From NCBI RefSeq assembly GCF_037042905.1, contig NC_087251.1, positions 41,108,001 through 41,172,000 of the forward strand: a DNA stretch of 64,000 bases, given 5' to 3'. Below, one piece after another: positions 1 through 11,410 of the stretch. The translations under genes were made by a program, and so were the position numbers. The notes beneath the pieces were generated by a model. It was given only the letters and a program-made list of their open reading frames with translations, had not been told where the DNA came from and did not search any database. The stretch comes from Lytechinus pictus (Eukaryota). The stretch's first letter is position 1. Every line of letters begins with the position of its first letter.

Positions 1-399
1 GACAAGGATGTGTGATGTCACATGTGAACAACTTTCCTTTTGATAAACTGTAAAATATTCTCAAAATGTCTCTTTTTGCTTGTTATCCATGATGTATTCT
101 TTAAAAATCTGTATTACATGCCCTCCTATAGAAAGAACATATGATCTACTGATAGATGTGATAAAAGAGGCAATTTAAGTGAAATATACTAAAGCAATGG
201 GGAGAGTTGTTCACAAGTGACATCACACATCCTTGTCGTATTGCCAATGGGAGGATCTCCATAGCATTAGTGATTGCAATATTCAAATGCTCATAACTTT
301 TTCATTATTAGTCCGATTTTTCTCAAACTTTTGTTGATCTGTTTCTTTGATTTTTCTGTTTTCACACAAGCTATCTTGTTCCAAAGGTTTAATTTCCCT
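1..399. mobile_element. Kolobok/T2-type palindromic MITE, right part (left end outside window)
   Basis: Ends CCCT|TTAA. Internally palindromic and clearly related to the complete copy at 24432-25015. Confidence 0.75.
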
Positions 400-433
400 T
401 TAATGTGATATTTATATTTTAATGAGACATAAT

Positions 434-668
434 GGCCCAAATTCACAAAGGTGGTTTTTAAAACCCTCGAACCCATGGTTTATGCTGCCTTCCTGTATAA
501 ATTATGCTTAATTTAGCGCGTATTGGGTGCATGTATAAAAATGCCCAATGCTGACACGCGCTTTTGTCACAGTGCGCCAAATTCATGCATGTTCCACGGT
601 TAGATACGTGAGTCCATTGTTTGAAGAGTGGACTCATTGATAAAAAGCGTAGATAATTAATTCGGGCC
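434..668. mobile_element. PIF/Harbinger-like MITE
   Basis: GGCCC(A/G)AATT termini with a 3-bp AAT direct repeat on both sides. Confidence 0.55.
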
Positions 669-781
669 AATGGGACATAATAGACACCATAAAGGGTCTG
701 GGGGCACGATGGTCCCTCAATGTTTTGTGCTTTTATTTTGTGCAAATAGATTCTGCATACTTATTTTTACTGTAGTCTTAA

Positions 782-3700
782 CCCTATCTAGGCCGGGGTA
801 TTTTGGGAGTTCATATGGCTGGGGGGGGGGGGCCCTCCCAGGCGCCCCCTTGAGATCTCGGCCGCCGACGGCGCGATCGCGCCGAAAATTGGCATGCGGG
901 TTGCCTGGGACATAATCTACAAAATTGTATAGTAATTTATTTCATGCAAATCACTATTAAGTGGTTATGCTAATTTATGCGTTATTAGTATGCGAAATCA
1001 TACTTTTTCCTCTAACTCCCTAAATAAAGCTCCAAATGTACTAATTTTTGGTTCTTAACAAGGGCAGTTTATAATCACTCACGTCGCGTGTGGGTTCGTA
1101 ATCACTCGCGTTTTGTATTTTTGGCGATTTTTTTTTATTTCGGTGCGATTTTTTTTTAACGGTGTCTTCAATGGGACAGACATGCAGGGAAAATAAAATG
1201 AAATTGAAATTCGAGTTTCGTTTTAAGCCGGCAATTAAGTGCCTTAAAATAAAATGTACTTGACTACTGTTTTAACATAACAAACAAGCAAATCAGCCAT
1301 GTGGCTCAACTAACTTAGAATAGATCCGGACTTCTACTGTGTCTTATACGAGGACTCCGAGTCGGAACTTGCCATATCTGCCACATCGATATTACATCGT
1401 ATCATTCCCATATGCGGACATGCCTGCATGCAATGGCCCCAAGGCGGCCGGACCCGGCCGCGGTCGGACACGACGTGCATCGGTAGCATGGAGCAAGCTA
1501 ACGTGAGTCGAGCTGAGTTAGATCCCACGTTATATATGAGGCGCCGATTGTACCAATATTATATAGAACAATTATTTGTTATATAATCATTATTCATTAA
1601 ATAATAACTATTATTTATATATAATTTACATTCTATTTGTAAATAATAAGATTATTCGAATAAGCGAAGAAGATAGTTTGCGAGAGAAGACAGGTCTTCT
1701 CAGAAAACCAATTATTGGCAAGCCATACACGGCCCGCGAAAACAAAGCGCGCCCCTACGATTCCGCGGGAATTCTCCAAGGGCACGCCCCCAGCAACAGG
1801 TCTGTGATTGGCTTGGCATGTCATGGATGGCGCCGTTACACAGCGCCCTCGGTGACAGCCAGGCAACGGCAACGGGGGCACAGCCTCTACGCTAAAAAGA
1901 ACCAATGAAATGCATTGAAAGAATTCAGGGACGTGCGCAATACGCGACAGATTTGGAAGCACATGTTCATTCTCAACTAAGCTCTGGGGGATGCAAGACG
2001 TTAATTTGCCCTCCCTCCCGCCCATTTAATAATGGTTGTGAGTGGTTGGTTATAATATTGTTTCTGCCTCCAAAAATGTGGTACACATGTTATGAAAAAG
2101 ATTGGATGATATAATACATGGTTGTTAATAATTCTGTCGTGATTTTTGTTTATACTCAAATCTGTCAAAGGCGATTGTGCTAATCAATCTAAATGTGGTA
2201 ATAGCGAATTTTAAAGACGGGGCTCGAGATTGCTCAATGAGCCTGTTTAAGTGCAAGTTGTGCCGGTTACAGTTGATTGAAATAACCTTATATTTTGGTT
2301 GGTTATACTGTTGATAGATAACATGGATTTATTTTGGTTGGTTGGCTGGGCATGTGTTTGGATAGAATTGCATTGGTTGCATAGGCTTGTATTAGTTGAC
2401 TGGATGGGCTTGATTGGCTTGTTGGTCGGATAGACTTGCATTGTTTGGTTGGGTGATATGTTTGGTTGTTTATTATCATAGGGATCCACGCTCTACAAGC
2501 AAGGCTTTTAGTGGATCCCCTCATTTCCAAACAAGTTCTTGTTAATACAATTGCCAAAATTTTCATAATTTGTCTATAGTTGATTTGTAATAACAATTGT
2601 TGTGTATTTGTGTTAATGCATTTAGTGCATATTTGATTTGTACCGTGATTTTTTATGATGTACATGACGAAAGTTCAAAATGAACTCGTTTTTATTCGGT
2701 TGGATGTGCTTGCGCTGGTTGGATGGATGGGCTTGCTATGATTGGTTGGTTGGTTATTATGATCATAGGGATTCACGCTCTCCAAGTAGTTATTTTAGTG
2801 GATCCCCTCATTTCCAACCAAGCTATTAATACTTTGGTACAAATTTTAAAATTTTGTCTGTAGTGGACCGGCAATTACAATTGATATGTATTTGCAAATT
2901 GTTTATGCGCACTATGATGCATATTTAATTTGTGTTTGTATTTGGTAATGATGTACAAGATGAACTGAAATTTGATTGGTGGGTTAGATGGGCTTTATAT
3001 GGTTGGTTGGCTGGGCTTGTTCTGGTTGACTACAATTGCACAAATTTTCATAATTTGCAGTTGATTTGTAATTATAATTGATGTGTATTTGTGTTAATGC
3101 ATTTGATGCATATTGATTGGTACCGTACATTTTTGTGATGTACATGACGGAAGTTCAAAATGAACTTGTTTTGTTTGGTTGGATAGGCTAGCATTGGTTG
3201 GATGTTTGGGCTTGTTATGATTAGTTGATTGGTTTTTATCATAGCGATCCACGCTCTATCAGCAGATCCTTTAGAAAGATCCCCTCAGTTTCAACCAAGC
3301 TGATAATACTATTGTACAAATATTGAAATTGTGTCCGTAGTTGACTTGTAATTACAATTGATATGTATTGTCATTGTTTATGCATCATATGATTTATAAT
3401 GGATTTATGTTTGTATGTGGTAATGATGTACAAGGTGAACTTAAACTCGTTTGGCTAGTTAGATTGGCTTTACATGGTTGGATGGTTGGTTGGGCTTGTT
3501 ATGGTTGGTTGGTCGGGCTTGTTATGGTTGGTTGGTCGGGCTTGATATGGTTGGTTGGATGGGCTTGTTTTGGCTGGTAGGATGGGCTTGTTTTGGTGTT
3601 TGGCCTGATTACTGAGTATTTTTTCTTATATCGGTCAAATTTCAACACCAGGGGGAGGCACTGTATACTAATTATGTCAAGAAAATCGGGACAGGGGAAC

Positions 3701-5705
3701 CCAACTTTCCAAAGTCTCCTGGTTTGGAAGTCCGGCTGGATGTCTTCCGGCAGGTTCCCCTTCCAAGAATTCACGTTCTGGTCTTGAAGCCTCTCCCCCA
3801 ATTTTATTTCACACATGAGATAATCTTGTATTGAATAGATGATAAATGTAAAGAGGGGAATCCGCACCCCAGGAAATACCTGTCCTGGGATCCCGTTGGA
3901 TCTCTTCCTTCTGGGAGGTCACGTGACCCGGTTTCCCCCTTAAAATCTGGTTGATTGTGGCTTGATGAATATTGTTTAGAAACTGTGTACTTGTTAAAAC
4001 ATTGTAAATGTCGTTTTAATGATTCTGGGAAAATCCCCCAGAGGCAATAAAGTTGAGAAACGGCAATTTAATGTTCGATCTGTATTTATTCTCGCAATTA
4101 CTATTATATAAAATAACATTTCTAATTATTTATATATAATTCCAAGTAATACTTCATTACTTGTAAATAATAATAGTTCGACATTCCATTATTTATAAAT
4201 AATGATTACTTGTTTTTCATTATCTATAAATAATAATTTTTGTGTTTCATTATTTATAAATAATGACACTGCATACTTCATTATTTATGAATAATTGCAA
4301 TTCGTTTTTTTATTATTTATAAATAAGTTTGTCGAGTTTTCTATTATTTGTAAATGATAATTATCTATTAACAATGCCAGTGCACATTTCTTTATTTATA
4401 AATAATTTGTTGAGTTTCCCATTATTTATAAATAATGAAAATTCATCGTGTTTCATTATTTATAAATAACATTTTTGTTTGAATATCCCATTATTTATAC
4501 ATAATCATTATTTATAAACGATTTTTACAGTTTGCCATTATATACAAATAACCATTATTTATAAATAATGAAAAACAAATAATCATTATTTATAAATAAT
4601 AGAATGTCGAACTATTATTATTTACAAATAATGAAGTATTACTTGGAATATATAAATAATTAGAAATGTTATTTTATATAATAGTAATTATTTACAAATA
4701 GAATGTAAATTATATATAAATAATAGTTATTATTTAATGAATAATGATTATGTAACAAATAATTGTTCTATATAATATTGGTACAATCGGCGCCTCATAT
4801 GTAACGTGGGATCTAACTCAGCTCGACTCACGTTAGCTTGCTCCATGCTACCGATGCACGTCGTGTCCGACCGCGGCCGGGTCCGGCCGCCTTGGGGCCA
4901 TTGCATGCAGGCATGTCCGCATATGGGAATGATACGATGTAATATCGATGTGGCAGATATGGCAAGTTCCGACTCAGAGTCCTCGTATAAGACACAGTAG
5001 AAGTCCGGATCTATTCTAAGTTAGTTGAGCCACATGGCTGATTTGCTTGTTTGTTATGTTAAAACAGTAGTCGAGTTCATCTTATTTAAGGCACTTGCCG
5101 GCTTAAAACGAAACTCGAATTTCAATTTCATTTTATTTTTCCAGCGTGTTTGTCCCATTGAAGACACCGTTAGAAAAAAAAAAAAATCGCCAAAAATAAA
5201 AAACGCGTGTGATTACCAACGCGACGCGAGTGATTACGAACGCGAGTGAATATAATAAGCCTTAACAAGTGTACTTGAAAAAAATTGCGATATCAAATCA
5301 TTTTCTTATGTATTATATTGTTTTTTTTACCTTTTGTTTTTCATTGTTTTTTAAATGAAATTTGTTGGGGACTCTTCTGAGATTATAAAAAGCATGAAAT
5401 AAATACATTTAGACCAGCATAACTAGAAATAATCATACATTTATGATTTTTGGTTGAAAACACAATTTGAATTGACTTTGTACACAAAATCACATTTTTT
5501 AGCAATTTTTGGTCTGACATACACTTACATAATTAATGTTGCTTAATTTTGGAACCACGTACCCGGGTGAAGCAAATCGGTCTCAAAAGTTGCGCAAGAC
5601 TTGAAAGTAAGAAATCGGTGAGCGGCACGTTAAAAAAATTTCCCGCGGCGAAAATATTGCGCGAATCGTTAAGGCTCCGAGGACCCCCCCCTGGCCTAGA
5701 TAAGG
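782..5705. mobile_element. Non-autonomous piggyBac-like element (hosts a foldback insertion)
   Basis: TTAA|CCCTATCTAGGCC ... GGCCTAGATAAGG|TTAA. Related fragments occur at about 14465-14695 and as a solo end at about 56070-56154. Confidence 0.85.
1063..5261. mobile_element. Foldback-type transposon with about 580-bp TIRs
   Basis: Near-identical inverted repeats at 1063-1647 and 4687-5261 (the identical spurious ORFs 1334..1528- and 4806..5000+ reflect this). GG..CC ends. TSD TTAACAAG at 1055-1062 and 5262-5269. Confidence 0.88.
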
Positions 5706-6024
5706 TTAAAGATACAGCTGAATTTATGATCGCTATTTAAAAAATTACATCGAACGAGTTCATTGACCTTAAATGACTGTTGACCTTGGTATGTGACCTG
5801 AAACTCACTGATACTTGATTACTCTTTTATTCAAGTTTCATGAACCAGATCCATACACTGTAAAAGTTATCGCATAGACTTGCATAGGGCTGGCTCTAAG
5901 CAAACAGTACGCAAAAAATTAGATGTTTTTAAATTTTTTGCATTCCTTCCACGTACCAATTTTGTGAAATGGATGGTAGTCTCTATGCAGCTCTACACAG
6001 ATCTCGGTGTGAAATCCCCTATAG

Positions 6025-6897
6025 CAGGGGTTCTCAAACTACGGCCCGCGAGACTCTGCTGTTTTTTGTAATCACTTTTAAGTCACAATATGAAACATAG
6101 CTCAATATGTTTACATTGTGTATCCATGAAACTGTAATAAAAGTAATGGCAGTCCAATTTAACAAACAAAGTTTAGTGAAGTCTTTTCTGTCTGTTCTTA
6201 TTAGATGACCAGCGTGGCGCTACATTCACATCAAACGTTGATAACACGTGCGCACACATTACAACACGCAATCAATTTGGTTAAAGCATAAACTTAATTG
6301 CCGGTTCAGTTCTTCGAATATTCTTAGGGGTACATTAGTCATCATTAATTGTTAGCCAGGTCAAGATGGCATCAAATTCTGCAAAGAAAATAAAAGATGA
6401 TGCTGAAAAACGTGTTTTCCATGAAGAATGGACAGACCATGGAGATATATGGACAGACAAGTATGCATTCATTTTGCCGCAATCGAGCACAAGGCCTAAT
6501 ATGTTGGCCAATCTACTTTGACTACAAAAAAATATTGATAGGTCTACTACAAAGCATTATCTGTCCCTTCACTTCCACATATGTGTTAAAATTGACATAC
6601 AATCTACATTCCTTTTAACAAAGTACTACAATTTTGTTGTCATTACTACTGACTCTCGCTGTATTTTGAATTCTTTTCTTATTTTGCCTGTGTTCCATAT
6701 GAAACTGTTATAAATTTTTTGGATTAAATTCTCCCAAAATAAGGGCCAGATTGCACCAGGGAGCATCTAGGACCATGGCCGCAAGGGTCTTTGCACTTCG
6801 CGCACATTTTTTTTCTAAGTATCCACTTCACCCTGGCCGTTTCAGGTTTATTTCGAGTCTCATCTGGCCCTTCAAAGAAAAAGTTTGAGAACCCCTG
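6025..6897 (+). mobile_element. hAT Buster/Charlie-type internally deleted transposon
   Basis: 16-bp TIR CAGGGGTTCTCAAACT. 8-bp TSD CCCTATAG/CCCAATAG (NNNTANNN). Transposase N-terminal remnant inside. Confidence 0.9.
6366..6521 (+). pseudogene. Truncated N-terminus of a Buster/Charlie-like transposase
   Basis: MASNSAKKIKDDAEKRVFHEEWTD...WTDKYAFILPQSSTRP matches the K..K.D.E.R.F.EEW..KY.FI start of GTF2IRD2/EPM2AIP1-like hAT transposases. Stops after 51 aa. Confidence 0.7.
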
Positions 6898-7062
6898 CCC
6901 AATAGTATCTCGTGTCAACACACTCCTGTTTGACAAAAGAATTCAAAGATAGTTCCATACCTGAAATTCTGCTTTTGAGTTCTATTTCATGTTTCTTCAA
7001 CTTCGGCTGCATGCCTCTCATGCATTGCTCTAATCTTGTCTTTGTCTTTCCCAGTACCTCTA

Positions 7063-8846
7063 CAGTGCGTCCCAAAAAAACTATACACTTTTGAAATGGC
7101 TGCCAAATAAAAAATTTACCACTTTGGGGAAAAAGACTTACATATATGGAAAGCCAATAAAGTCAATTTTCAAATAACACCAAAAAGTTGGAAAACTATT
7201 CATGCTTGAACGAGCACTGCCCACTGAAACAAAGGGTATGAAAATTAGGGTGGGCTGGAATTAGCCTTCCAATTTATGTAAGTTTTTGAGGGGCAAATCC
7301 TTTCGAACTTGCAAAGTTAAGGGCGATGTGATAAATTAATGATCAACCATGACCAGTTTTGGTTACTTAAGCAAGTTTTATAAATTATTAAATTGAACTT
7401 TAATGCATGAGTGAACACAAATTACACTTTTTGGGCAGCATTTCAACTTTATCATTTGGATCTCTTTTTGGGCAGCATTTCAACTTTATCATGTGGATCT
7501 CAGCAATGTGTTCATGGGAGTCGGGGGAATAGGGGGTGAGATAGGACTTAAGTGAGAGAAGTAGGTTGATGGAATAAGGGTCAACAGAACATTCAGCCCC
7601 CGCCCCCTCCCTCTTTCCCGCCCTCCCCTCCTGTTGAGAGATTGATGGCTATTGTCATGTACGCGTGAAGTCCAGAGCAGAATGTTGATTTAATGATTAA
7701 TTCTGAATTGGGACATCAACTTTTTCCTATCAATCGTTCAATCAACAATTTATCAGTAAATCAACTTATTCAATGTGCAATGTGATCAATCAAACATTCA
7801 GTTTTTTTCAATAAATTATTTCATTAATCATCATAATCATTAAATTTCTTGGTAATCATTGAAAAAAAAAACTGACCATCAGCCACCGGTCACTTGGCAG
7901 TTAAGTTTTGAATAGGCTACAATGCAGGAAGTGAGACAGAGAGAGAGAGGGGGGGGGCTGGGAAATGGAGGTGGAGAGGGGAGGGTACATATGACTTTTA
8001 ATTTGTAAAAGGAAAAAAAAGAAGAGGAATGCCCTTTTAACCAAGTCTTAGCATATCTCGCCCTCTTGCTTGTAACGGGTACCATCACATTACTCTGACT
8101 CTCACGAACACACCTCTGAGGTTCACAAGATGAATATGCTACAATAAATTTACAATTCCTGTTCACTCATGCATTAAATTTCAATTTAGTAACTCATGAA
8201 ATTTGCCTAAGAAACCAAAACTTATCTCACTCATTAATTTAGCTTAACAAGTTCCAAAGGACTAACCACTCAAACAACCTGTAAGGCTAATTCCTGCCCA
8301 GCCTAGCTGAGCTTAGTCTCTCAGGAGGAGAGAAGCGGAGGGGGGGGGGTTGAGATTGAGAGAGGGGTTGCTAAATGTTCTGTTGACCTTTATCCCATCA
8401 ACGTACTTCACCTACCTAAGTCATATTACCCCCTCTTCTCCTGACTGTCGTGAACACATTGTTGAGATCCACATGATAAGACAAAATGCTGCACCCAATT
8501 CATGATCACTCATGCATTAAATTTCAATTTAATAACGCATTAAATTTTCACAAACAACAAACTGATCACAACTGATCTTTAATTCACCAAATAACCATCA
8601 ACTTTGCAAGTACCAAACAAAAAACCTGAAAGAAATTGGAAGGCTAATTCCAGCCCACCCTAATTTTCATACCCTTTGTTTCAGTGGGCAGTGCTCGCTC
8701 AAGCATGAATAGTTTTCCAACTTTTTGGTGTCATTTGAAAGTTGACTTTATAGGCTTTCCATATCTATAAGTCTTTTCCCCCAAAGTGGTACATTTTTTA
8801 TTTGGCAGCCATTTAATAAGTGTATAGTTTTTTTTGGGACGCACTG
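7063..8846. mobile_element. Non-autonomous Tc1/mariner-like element with about 210-bp TIRs
   Basis: TA|CAGTGCGTCCCAAAA ... TTTTGGGACGCACTG|TA. TIRs at about 7063-7274 and 8633-8846. No transposase ORF. Confidence 0.9.
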
Positions 8847-9937
8847 TATAGAACCATATTCTCCCTTGTAGGTGGGCTCGGTAATCAGATACGTCACACA
8901 TTTTTTAAGTGTGTCCACATACTTGTGAGTAGTTTTTGGTTTCTGTTTCAAAGGAAGAATACATGGAGAAAATTCATGTTCATAGATATAAATCAATCGC
9001 ATTGTTAGGATTCAGAGGTCTGTGATCAACTCTGCCGATTGAGAACCAGTTGTCATTATAAAAGACAATGACTGAAGCTTAAGTGAAATTGCTAAATGGA
9101 AAATTTATGAGCTACATAGTACAGCAAAGCAAGTTTTAAGCTTATTCATCACTTGGCAGCTTAGTATTTTGCTTAGGAAAAAACTCAAATTTAAAGGTTT
9201 TGACAGTAGACTTAATAATAATGATAATCCGCTTTTATATAGCTTAAAGGGATGGTCCAGGCTGAAAGTATGCATAGCTTAATAAATAGAGTAGAATTCA
9301 CTGAGCAAAATGCCGAAAAGTTCATCAAAATCGGATAACGAATAAAGTTATTGAATTTTAAAGTTTAGCAATATTTTGTGAAAACAGTCGTCATGAATAT
9401 TTATTAAATGAAAGTAAGCATGGACGCTATCGTGTTTTGGACTAATCACATATGAAAAGTGGAAGCATAAACACGGCCTAACGAAACATGACGCCATGGT
9501 TTTTGGGCTGGTGAAAAGCACAAGAAAGGCTATTGTCGAGACCGGTCAATTGGCATTTTTCTTACACAGATTACTCAGCTGGAAAGCGGTGATATTGCAT
9601 AAAGCTTGCAATGCTGTGGTAAGAAGTTCATAAGCCTTCGATTGGTATATGATTTTTTTTGGTTCGATCTGTGTCTTTTAACTTTTTTATCACGGACAGA
9701 AATTCAAAAATGGAAAGGTAAACACCTACCAAAAAAAAATAATTTCCCAATTTTTTTGTATTTGTTCCACTTATTTATGTTGGATGATAGCCTATCTAAT
9801 ATGCGCTGGGCTATAGTGCGCAAGTTACTGGTCGCGCGAAGCAGACTGACGGGTATGCACCGGGCTATAGTGGGCAAGTTACTGGTCGCGCGAAGCAGAC
9901 TGACGGGCGAGGTAAAGTCATTAATATGCATATATGG

Positions 9938-11410
9938 TTATTGTCTCGCCTGCGTAGCGGAGCGAGACATAGGTATCACTATTTCCAGCGTCGGCGTCGT
10001 CAACAATTGTGTTGTACACCCAATAACTTTTTATAGCTTCGAGGTGGGATCACCAAATTCATACCAGAGGTCCATCTCCTGAAGGCACAGGTCAAGTTTG
10101 AATATGAGTCAAATTGGAATAAGGTCAAAGGTCAATAAACTTTCCATGACTGGCACTGTGCCGTGTTGTACACATAATAACTTTGTACACCCAATAACTT
10201 TCTATAGCTTCGAGGTGGGATCACCAAATTCATAACAGAGGTCCATCTCCTGAAGGCACAGGTCAAGTTCGAATAGGAGTCAAATTGGAAGAAGGTCAAA
10301 GGTCAAAGAACTTTCCATGACTGGCACTGTGCTGTGATGTACACATAATAACTTTCTATATCTTCGAGGTGGGATCACCAAATCCAGAGGTCCATCTCCT
10401 GAAGGCACAGGTCAAGTTTGAATATGAGTTGAATTTGAGTAAGGTCAAAGGTCAAAGGTCAGTGAACTTTCCATGACTGGTACTGTGCTGTGTTGTACAC
10501 ATAATAACTTTCTATATCTTCGAGGTGGGATCACCAAATTCATACCAGAGGTCCATCTCCTGAAGGCACAGGTCAAGTTCGAATATGAGTCGAATTTGAA
10601 TAAGGTCAAAGGTCAATGAACTTTCCATGACTGGCACTGTGCTGTGTTGTACACACAATAACTTTCTATAGCTTCGAGGTGAGATCGCCAAATTCATAAC
10701 AGACGTCCATCTCTTGAAGGTACAGGTCAAGTTCGAATATGAGTCGAATTTGAATAAGGTCAATGAACTTTCCATGACTGGCACTGTGCTGTGTTGTACA
10801 CACAATAACTTTCTATAGCTTCAAGGTGAGATCGCCAAATTCATTCAAGAGGTCCATCTCTTGAAGGTGCAGGCCAAGTTCAAATGTGAGCCGAATTTGA
10901 ATAAGGTCAAAGGTCAATGAACTTTCCATGACTGGCACTGTGCTGTGCTGTACACACGATAACTTTCTATAGATCTTCAAGTTAGGATTGCCAAATTCAT
11001 ACAAGAGGTCCATCTTTTGAAGGTGCAGGTCAAGTTCAAATGTGAGTTGAATTTGATTAAGGTCAAAGGTCAATGAACTTTCCATGACTGGCACTGTGCT
11101 TTGTTGTACACATAATAACTTTTTATATCTTCGAGGTAGGATTGCCAAATTCAAACAAGAGGTCCATCTCTTGAAGGTGCAGGTCAAGTTCGAATGTGAG
11201 TTGAATTTGATTAAGGTCAAAGGTCAATGAACTTTCCATGACTGGCACTGCTGTGTTGTACACACAATTACTTTCTATAGCTTCGAGGTGGGATCGCCAA
11301 ACTCGTAACAGAGGTCCATCTAAGTCATATAGCATACATGTAGTTTTGACATGCAGTCTCTTCATGACTGCAATATATGCAGGCGAGACAACGCTTGGCG
11401 TTTGCCTTGT
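9938..11410 (-). mobile_element. Helentron-associated/DINE-1-like element carrying a tandem array
   Basis: Subterminal inverted repeat TGTCTCGCCTGC/GCAGGCGAGACA, terminal hairpin at 9942-9969, T-rich flanks, internal tandem array. Confidence 0.75.
10011..11320. repeat. Tandem array of an about 154-bp unit, about 8.5 copies
   Basis: Marker CCATGACTGG at 10144, 10315, 10471, 10625, 10772, 10926, 11082 and 11236. Confidence 0.95.

Larger units (their letters stand above)
5919..9002 (-). pseudogene. Fossil ORF (138 aa) disrupted by two transposon insertions; product unknown
   Basis: Segments 9002-8847, 7060-6906 and 6024-5919 join in one stop-free frame after removing the Tc1-like and hAT insertions plus one TSD copy each. 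Confidence 0.55.

Noticed and set aside
1334..1528. Identical 64-aa ORFs here and at 4806-5000, suggesting a duplicated gene
   Set aside because: They simply reflect the two TIRs. GTG start and no recognisable domain.
3499..3918. 122-aa minus-strand ORF in the foldback interior as a transposase or captured gene
   Set aside because: No recognisable motif, bounded by a stop at 3919-3921, and its 3' third comes from low-complexity repeats. Not supportable without a search.
10011..11320. Regular repeats resembling a CRISPR array, and repetitive ORFs at 10512-11512
   Set aside because: Whole units are repeated with no unique spacers, there are no cas genes, and the context is eukaryotic. It is a TE-internal tandem array.
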